A stretch of 13,045 bases of DNA from a candidate division FCPU426 bacterium (GTDB lineage Bacteria; Oederibacteriota; JAAXVQ01; JAUVAV01). The stretch is from assembly GCA_030637655.1 (NCBI GenBank), contig DAOWGI010000120.1:1-13045 (forward strand), in the 5' to 3' direction. Below are positions 7,540 through 13,045 of this stretch, piece after piece. The notes beneath the pieces were generated by a model. It was not told where the DNA came from and ran no database searches. It worked only from the letters and a program-made list of their open reading frames with translations. The position numbers and the translations under genes are program-made. Every line of letters begins with the position of its first letter. Within the stretch, counting starts at the first letter, position 1.

Positions 7540-8544
7540 TTAGAGCAACCGATATTTACCTCGTTTGCTGTCACCGACTTTTTTAACAACTTTTTTATCC
7601 ATTAATGGCTTCATTAAAAACCAAACTCCTTGCCTGGAAAGATTTACACTTTCTCTTATTTCGCTTGTACTCATATCACCCGATCTTAACAAGTTTAATA
7701 TCTTCTCTTGTTTTTGCGTTAATACTATTCTTTCACCCTGGTCTGATTCCTTTTCAGTTGATTTAATTCGTATTAATGTTTTTTCCAGCGTTTGTTCAAT
7801 TCCACCAGCGACAAATTCAATCCACTTTGTCAAATCGTTATTTTTATTTTGGACATCCTGTAATTCCTTATAGTATTCTTCCTGATTTTCCCAATAATAC
7901 TCATCAACTGCAAATATGTGATGTTTATCAAAACTCCGCCGGTATAAATCCCATAAAGCCAGCAATCTTCCTACTCTTCCGTTGCCATCTCCAAAAGGAT
8001 GTATGCTCTCAAACTTATAATGTAATATTGCTGAACTAATAACCGGATTTAATGATATCGCCTCACTTTTTAACCAATCTATTAGTGACTTCATTTTACC
8101 CGAAACAAGTTTCGCATCCGGCGCGATATACTTACCTACTCTCACCAAATAATCACGATACTTGCCTATGGGACCTCTGTCCAAAGCATTATTCTTTCCT
8201 ATTAGGCTATGTAATTGCAATACTTGCTTTTCTTCAATATATTTAATACTGCTGTTTTTCTCGATATATCTTAAGGCCTCAAGATAATTAACAATCTCCT
8301 TCCTGTCTCTTTCTTTAATATATCCGGCATTATCGCCATTAACCAGTAAATTCACTTCTCGTTCGCTTAACGGATTTCCCTCAATTGCAGTTGATGAGTG
8401 TATTGTTTTAACTAATGCTTCTTTACTAAGCCTTGGAAGCCACTTTAACTGCTTGGTTGAATTTTCAATCATTATTTTTAATTCAGTTATTCTCTCAATT
8501 ATTGCCAACAACTTATTTGAAATTGAATATCTTGGTTTAAACAT
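7540..8544 (-). CDS. Class II Fic family protein (AMPylase) with C-terminal winged HTH, about 334 aa
   Basis: Canonical catalytic motif HPFGDGNGRVGR, N-terminal autoinhibitory motif SSTAIEGN and C-terminal LTQKQEKIL..STSEI..LSRQGV..GKYRLL wHTH. The start is moved from 8568 to ATG 8544 because of the RBS AGGAG upstream. Visibly more AT-rich than the ATPase and dapL genes. Confidence 0.93.
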   Translation of the reverse strand: MFKPRYSISNKLLAIIERITELKIMIENSTKQLKWLPRLSKEALVKTIHSSTAIEGNPLSEREVNLLVNGDNAGYIKERDRKEIVNYLEALRYIEKNSSIKYIEEKQVLQLHSLIGKNNALDRGPIGKYRDYLVRVGKYIAPDAKLVSGKMKSLIDWLKSEAISLNPVISSAILHYKFESIHPFGDGNGRVGRLLALWDLYRRSFDKHHIFAVDEYYWENQEEYYKELQDVQNKNNDLTKWIEFVAGGIEQTLEKTLIRIKSTEKESDQGERIVLTQKQEKILNLLRSGDMSTSEIRESVNLSRQGVWFLMKPLMDKKVVKKVGDSKRGKYRLL

Positions 8545-8557
8545 TATAACACTCCTA

Positions 8558-8624
8558 ATGACCAGCAAATGTCCAGCTATATGTCTAGTTATAATATATT
8601 CGAACGTCTAGTATATGTCAAGTT
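8558..8624 (-). promoter_or_regulatory. fic promoter overlapped by five ATGTCTAGT-like boxes (candidate operator)
   Basis: Minus-strand TTGACA (8621-8616), 17-nt spacer and TATATT (8598-8593). Boxes at 8558 ATGACCAGC, 8569 ATGTCCAGC, 8581 ATGTCTAGT, 8604 ACGTCTAGT and 8615 ATGTCAAGT. Confidence 0.68.
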
Positions 8625-8730
8625 GTATTGTCAAAGCAAAATGAAAATGTCCGGTTTTGTTAAAATCAATTTTAAATATTGCTGTATTAGGACATTATCA
8701 TTTTGCTGTGCAGCCTTTGTCCTTTAAGTA

Positions 8731-8759
8731 TTGCCGGATATGAGATAACGTGCGATAAT
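8731..8759 (+). promoter_or_regulatory. Sigma70-type promoter for the small ORF/nucleotidyltransferase pair
   Basis: TTGCCG (8731-8736), a 17-nt spacer and GATAAT (8754-8759), with an extended -10 TG. RBS GGAG at 8783-8786. Confidence 0.45.
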
Positions 8760-8795
8760 GTTTTAACCACAGTATTTTATCCGGAGATAGGCGCT

Positions 8796-8990
8796 ATGAG
8801 TGAAATCCTTCATACTGTTTCCAAACACAGCTTAAACGACCAAACCAATCGGTTGCAATATCTGGCTTTTTGGCTTAATAAAACTCCGGAAGACCGTCTC
8901 TTGACTGTGGAAATTCTGCGCAGGCAATACTATGAACATCCACCCAGACTTCAAAGAACTGCTCGAATTATTCAACAAACACAAGGTTGA
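8796..8990 (+). CDS. Small (64 aa) hypothetical protein of the type found upstream of stand-alone nucleotidyltransferases
   Basis: ATG 8796 with a GGAG RBS. The pattern FW..KTPEDRL..VE.LRR....RLQR..RII was recognised from memory. It overlaps the start of the NTase-like remnant by 59 nt. Confidence 0.62.
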   Translation: MSEILHTVSKHSLNDQTNRLQYLAFWLNKTPEDRLLTVEILRRQYYEHPPRLQRTARIIQQTQG

Positions 8991-9000
8991 ATACCTATTA
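8932..9000 (+). pseudogene. Truncated nucleotidyltransferase-family gene (first 23 codons)
   Basis: MNIHPDFKELLELFNKHKVEYLL matches the N-terminus of NTases that normally continue (V/I)GG.A..(H)G..R.T.D.D. Here the frame runs directly into the antisense strand of the rhomboid gene. Confidence 0.68.
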
Positions 9001-9522
9001 CCGCCAACGCATGACCATAACCCCGGCAATGAATCCGAAGAGATGGCCTTCCCAGGAAACATGCGTTCGCAAGGGCAGCACACCCCAGATCAAACCGCCG
9101 TACAGCAAAAGCACAGCCACGGCTATCAATAAAGAGGAAAATTTCCTCTCATACCAGCCGGCAGCCAGCAAAAAACCAAAATACCCGAAAATCAAACCAC
9201 TGGCACCCACATGATACGCCGGGCGTCCAAACACCCACACGCCTGCTCCGGATAAAAGCGTGATCAATAATGATATCACCACAAAGGTATGCGCGCCGCG
9301 GAGCATCACCAAACCGCCGAGCACTAAAAAAGGCAGGCTGTTTAACATGAGATGGGAAAAACCATGATGCAAAAAAGGCGAGAAGATGATTCCCCGCAAA
9401 CCTGTGACTGTACGCGGCATAATACCGTATTGCAGTAACTGATTCTGCAAGATGGCATTCACAATTCCAATGACCCAGAATATAAGCAGCAATCCCAGTA
9501 AAAAAGCCACTTTATTTTTCAT
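8998..9522 (-). CDS. Rhomboid family intramembrane serine protease, 174 aa
   Basis: SPFLH...HLMLN, catalytic Ser motif HVGASG and catalytic His motif SWEGHLFG, with about six TM segments. Confidence 0.93.
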   Translation of the reverse strand: MKNKVAFLLGLLLIFWVIGIVNAILQNQLLQYGIMPRTVTGLRGIIFSPFLHHGFSHLMLNSLPFLVLGGLVMLRGAHTFVVISLLITLLSGAGVWVFGRPAYHVGASGLIFGYFGFLLAAGWYERKFSSLLIAVAVLLLYGGLIWGVLPLRTHVSWEGHLFGFIAGVMVMRWR

Positions 9523-9620
9523 AGGCGTATCACCGGTCCTTATGCTATTATAGCGCGTCTAACACTCCTTTAATTTGTTCTTTATGGAGCTGTCGCCAAA
9601 AAGCGTTTTCGAAGTATTTT

Positions 9621-9658
9621 ACTAGGAGGCAGAGCAACTAATTGCTCTGCCTCCTAGT
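9621..9658. repeat. Perfect 17-bp-arm palindrome bounded by CTAG on both sides
   Basis: ACTAGGAGGCAGAGCAA-CTAA-TTGCTCTGCCTCCTAGT, with CTAG at 9622-9625 and 9654-9657. Confidence 0.85.
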
Positions 9659-9805
9659 CTCATAAATAATGTTAATAAGTCACCCCAGTATGATTTTAGC
9701 CGGGGTCCAGAAAAGTATTATTTTTTACTGATAAATTTATGGATTCCGGCTGAAAGCATGCCGGAATGACAAAATATAAATTCCAAGTACTTGTGAGACA
9801 CGACA
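9658..9805. mobile_element. MITE A: CTAG-flanked, left TIR truncated, carrying a REP doublet
   Basis: The right end reads TACTTGTGAGACACGACA|CTAG (rc TGTCGTGTCTCACAAGTA). The left end reads CTAG|TCTCATAAATA, which matches the inner TIR but lacks the first 7 nt. Confidence 0.58.
9679..9770. repeat. CGTC-class REP doublet, copy 1
   Basis: GTCACCCCAGTATGATTTTAGCCGGGGTCCAG (9679-9710), a 29-nt AT-rich spacer and inverted TGGATTCCGGCTGAAAGCATGCCGGAATGAC (9740-9770). Confidence 0.82.
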
Positions 9806-9809
9806 CTAG

Positions 9810-10077
9810 TGTAGTGTAACAGTAATATCTTTACAGACGTCACCCCGGCGTGATTGTAGCCGGGGTCCAGAAAAAAAAATTTTTAAAGAACAAATCCCTT
9901 CTAAGAAACTTCACCTCAAAACAAGTTTCTTACTAATTTTTCCAGCCGCCTTTAGGCTGGGTGATATGCTGGATTCCGGCTTAAAGCATGCCGGAATGAC
10001 GCCAAAAAAATAAATATTAAAAAATGCTGGAGACACAACAAAGTCAATCATTGTAAAGCCGTTACTGTTACACTACA
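9810..10077. mobile_element. MITE B: 268 bp, TGT...ACA ends, CTAG flanks (IS481-family-like), carrying a REP doublet
   Basis: CTAG|TGTAGTGTAACAGTAATATCTTTACA (9806-9835) and TGTAAAGCCGTTACTGTTACACTACA|CTAG (10052-10081) match 27/30 as an inverted pair. No ORF. Confidence 0.85.
9838..10001. repeat. CGTC-class REP doublet, copy 2
   Basis: CGTCACCCCGGCGTGATTGTAGCCGGGGTCCAG (9838-9870) and CTGGATTCCGGCTTAAAGCATGCCGGAATGACG (9969-10001), near-identical to copy 1. The 98-nt spacer contains extra hairpins. Confidence 0.85.
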
Positions 10078-10209
10078 CTAGGTTTCATTACAAAGTTTCA
10101 AAGTTCAACTCTCACCTCATCCCCTTTGTCCAGACTTTTCCTGGCGCAAAACTCCGGCCCCAAAACAATACTTTTCAGCCGACTGGCTAAGCAGCAGCTT
10201 GCTTGGCGC

Positions 10210-12909
10210 TCATTTTATCAGCGCTATCTTTTTGATCACCGTCTCTTTTTTTCCATCAACCTTGCTGGTCGCTAATATCCGCATTAAATAAACGCCATTG
10301 GCCATGTTGGCGCACGGCCATTCCTTGATAAAATGCCCTGCATTAGCATGATCCATATTATATGTAATAACCCATTGGTTGGAGGTGGTGAAAATCTTCA
10401 TCTCCACCTGGGCCGGTTCTTTTAAAACATAATGTAATTTTGCTAATGTGCCGCGAATAGGATTAGGAGCGGCATATATATGGTTTTTGCTGATAATCCG
10501 GCCGTCAAATCCTGCCAGCGGTGTTGCCGTAGGTATTGTAGTTGGCGTTGGCGTGCCGATTGATATTGCTTTTAACTGATATAGCGTACTGTTATCTCCC
10601 ATTGCATATAGTTCTTGCTGCAAATCATTGTTCCCATCTCCTATAGCTAATCCATAAAGCGCTGTACCTAAAGAAATAATATCTTTTTTGTGCCATTGGT
10701 TATTTTCTAAATACAGTTGATAAATATGTCCATTACTGCAAGCTGCATATAACTCATCAGTACTATTATTATCACCATCACCTGATATGATTTCATACAC
10801 CGAATTGCCGGAATTGCTGTCAAGCAGGGTCATAACCCAGTCGGAACCTGTTTTATAAAATTGATAGAGTTTGCCGTTTTGATTAGCTGCGTAAACAGAC
10901 TGGTTGCCACTGACAACGTCCAGCTTAGCTGTTATTACATCAGTCATTGGCCCATCACCCTCGCCTATTGAAGTTACTGACCAGGTAGTGTTATATTTGA
11001 ATTCATATATTTTATTATCCTGTCCAGCTACATATACTTCAAACTGATCATCATTATTTCCGTCACCGACTGTTACCGATGAGAGTGCTCCGGCAACAGC
11101 TCCCATATCCATCATGTTCCAGCTACTTCCATTCCACTTAAATTGATAGACATGCTTGTCTTCACTACTGGCATACATTTCTATCTCTCCGTCATTATCT
11201 CCGTCACCTTTAGCCAGTGCTGTAATTTTTCCGCCAGCAGCACCAATATCTATTCTATCCCAGTTCTGACCCTGGTAACAGTAGACATGATCATCCTGCG
11301 CTGCTGCATAAAGTTCAGAAATATTATCCCTATCCAGATCTGCTGCCAAAATATCATTATGCACCATTAATCCTGGTATGGTCAGCAACTCTGTCTTTGA
11401 CCATAATGAATTCTTCCATGTCCACTTGTAGAATCTGTTGTTGCGGTTAGTCACATAAACATCATTTTGTCCATTATTATCAGGATCACTGACTGTAATA
11501 CCTTTTTTTCCCTCAGCAACCGAGGGTACACCGCAATCCCCTGGACTGGTGTGCTGCCAGACAAGTTCACCCTGATTAGACTTAAGGACAGTAAATGCCT
11601 TGGGAAGCATCGCCTGTGCATCGCCTCTGTCAATAAATAGATCATAAAATCCTTGCGCTGCATTGGTGAGATTAAAAAAACATGTTAAAAGAAATGGACT
11701 TTTCACCACTACATTTTGTGCTACAATATCCGGCCTACTGGCTGACTTCATAATAACATCAGGCTTACTGAGAAAATTTTTACCAATCACAAAAGCTTTC
11801 ACATTATTATCGGATATTTTATTTTCTGGCATAACAGCATTTACATAAACTGGCACTGGTGTAGATGTACCATCAGGAGTACTGGTCGATGTTGGCGTTG
11901 GAGTATGCCCAGAAGAATCAAAAGTTAATATCCACATTCCGTTACCAGATACACTAGTTCCTCCAAGATAAATTTTATTATTTTGCACATCAACAGATTG
12001 AGCACTCATTGAGTCCACAGTATAATGACCTTTCTCATTCGGGCTGGTTGAATTGCTAATATCAATAACCCTAAGGCCACTGTTTCCATCAGCAACATAA
12101 GCATAATTTCCAATTACTACTACTTTTAAACTGTTTCCCGGAGTGTCATACAATGCAATTGCTGTCGGACTATTGGCATTGCTGATATCAATAATTCTGA
12201 GGCCATAATTAAAATCAGCTAAATATGCATAATTGCCGTTTACAGCTATACTGCGAAGATCTTCTTCTATTTGACAATAACCGACTTCTTCTGGAATTAA
12301 CGGATTGCTTATACTAACTATCCTTAAACCACTCCCAGCGTCTGCTATATAAGCATAATTGTTTACTATAGCTAAGCTTGTAGCTATTCCAAGAGTATCG
12401 TATGAACCAACTTCTTGAGGATCTGAAAGATTACTAATATTAATAATGCGTAAACCACTATCATAGTCTGCCACATATGCATAATTACCTGATACGATTA
12501 ACTCACACACTGTTCCCGGCGTATCATATGCGCCAATTTGATTTGGCAATGCAGCATTACTTATATCTATTATTTCAAACCCATTCCCTCCCTCTCCCAT
12601 ATATGCATAGTTTTCGTTTATTTCAACACTTTGCGCATCTACTAATGTATTATATTGACCTGCAGCAGTTGGATTATCAGAATTACTGATATCAACGATA
12701 CGCAAACCTTGAAAAGCTACACCATTGGCTATATAGGCATAATCACCGCTCACTGCTATATCAGGATAACTATTACCACCAATATACTTTCCTAAATAAA
12801 ATACATTCAAACTATCATCAGCCTTAATTTGACTTATCTGCAAACCTGTCAACATGACTACTAGAACACTAAACAAAATATATTTTTTAACCATATGTCT
12901 TATTCCCAT
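10210..12909 (-). CDS. Secreted multidomain protein: signal peptide, LVIVD-repeat propeller, Pro/Thr linker, Ig/IPT-like domain, FG-GAP/VCBS-like repeats, Pro/Thr linker, T9SS type A-like C-terminal domain; about 899 aa
   Basis: KK plus a hydrophobic N-terminus, about seven GNYAYVAD..GLRIIDISN..P repeats, TPTPTSTSTP and TPTPTTIPTATP linkers, about seven GDGDNDG..E.Y repeats, and C-terminal APNP...MKIFT...ANGVYL...KKIALIK. The start may instead be ATG 12894. Confidence 0.85.
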   Translation of the reverse strand: MGIRHMVKKYILFSVLVVMLTGLQISQIKADDSLNVFYLGKYIGGNSYPDIAVSGDYAYIANGVAFQGLRIVDISNSDNPTAAGQYNTLVDAQSVEINENYAYMGEGGNGFEIIDISNAALPNQIGAYDTPGTVCELIVSGNYAYVADYDSGLRIINISNLSDPQEVGSYDTLGIATSLAIVNNYAYIADAGSGLRIVSISNPLIPEEVGYCQIEEDLRSIAVNGNYAYLADFNYGLRIIDISNANSPTAIALYDTPGNSLKVVVIGNYAYVADGNSGLRVIDISNSTSPNEKGHYTVDSMSAQSVDVQNNKIYLGGTSVSGNGMWILTFDSSGHTPTPTSTSTPDGTSTPVPVYVNAVMPENKISDNNVKAFVIGKNFLSKPDVIMKSASRPDIVAQNVVVKSPFLLTCFFNLTNAAQGFYDLFIDRGDAQAMLPKAFTVLKSNQGELVWQHTSPGDCGVPSVAEGKKGITVSDPDNNGQNDVYVTNRNNRFYKWTWKNSLWSKTELLTIPGLMVHNDILAADLDRDNISELYAAAQDDHVYCYQGQNWDRIDIGAAGGKITALAKGDGDNDGEIEMYASSEDKHVYQFKWNGSSWNMMDMGAVAGALSSVTVGDGNNDDQFEVYVAGQDNKIYEFKYNTTWSVTSIGEGDGPMTDVITAKLDVVSGNQSVYAANQNGKLYQFYKTGSDWVMTLLDSNSGNSVYEIISGDGDNNSTDELYAACSNGHIYQLYLENNQWHKKDIISLGTALYGLAIGDGNNDLQQELYAMGDNSTLYQLKAISIGTPTPTTIPTATPLAGFDGRIISKNHIYAAPNPIRGTLAKLHYVLKEPAQVEMKIFTTSNQWVITYNMDHANAGHFIKEWPCANMANGVYLMRILATSKVDGKKETVIKKIALIK

Positions 12910-12946
12910 TTTTTCAGCGATAGTGACCTCAAGCCCAAGGGCAAAT

Positions 12947-13045
12947 TAACTATTCAGGACAGCCGGATTGGCTGATCCTAATAAATCGGGTATACTTATC
13001 ATACCCTTGGGGAGGATACCGTTGAATCATGAATACAAACACAAA
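12947..13045 (+). mobile_element. Putative left end of an insertion sequence with an internal promoter and RBS
   Basis: TAACTATTCAGGAC (12947-12960) resembles the MITE end TAACTACTCAGGTC (5467-5480). It is followed by TTGGCT-N17-TATACT (12968-12996), GGAGG (13011-13015) and possible starts TTG 13022 or ATG 13029 running off the window. Confidence 0.5.

Noticed and set aside
7565..8246. Three + strand ORFs inside fic
   Set aside because: Antisense shadows.
8832..9214. ORFs 8832-9083 (-), 8987-9214 (+) and the portion of 8932-9132 beyond 9000
   Set aside because: They are shadows of the rhomboid and small-protein genes; only 8932-9000 looks coding.
9679..10001. Repeats considered as a CRISPR array (also 6989-7154)
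   Set aside because: The units alternate in orientation, spacer lengths are irregular, there are too few copies and no cas genes are present.
10186..10207. Hairpin after the secreted protein stop codon considered as a terminator
   Set aside because: The stem is imperfect on the minus strand and there is no U-tract.
11143..12689. Four short ORFs within the secreted protein gene
   Set aside because: Antisense or alternate-frame shadows.

Overview
This is a bacterial chromosomal segment with six intact genes: a P2A-type (Ca2+-ATPase-like) P-type ATPase, a GT-C-fold membrane glycosyltransferase, LL-DAP aminotransferase (dapL), a low-GC class II Fic-wHTH protein, a rhomboid protease, and a large secreted LVIVD/FG-GAP-repeat protein with Pro/Thr linkers and a T9SS-type-A-like C-terminal domain. 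The intergenic DNA is densely packed with small non-autonomous elements of several unrelated types: GTAG- and CGTC-tagged REPs, an IS200/IS605-like hairpin pair, a TAACTAYTCAG-ended MITE and a stack of CTAG-joined MITEs. It also holds decayed toxin-antitoxin-like remnants (a HigA N-terminus, and a small ORF with a truncated nucleotidyltransferase). The most notable unexplained signal is an ATGTCTAGT box array that covers the fic promoter and recurs just downstream of the gene as a 24-bp direct repeat. Related IS-like termini at both window edges suggest the segment lies between two insertion sequences. No CRISPR array, rRNA or tRNA was seen. All family assignments were made by eye from motifs, without database searches.
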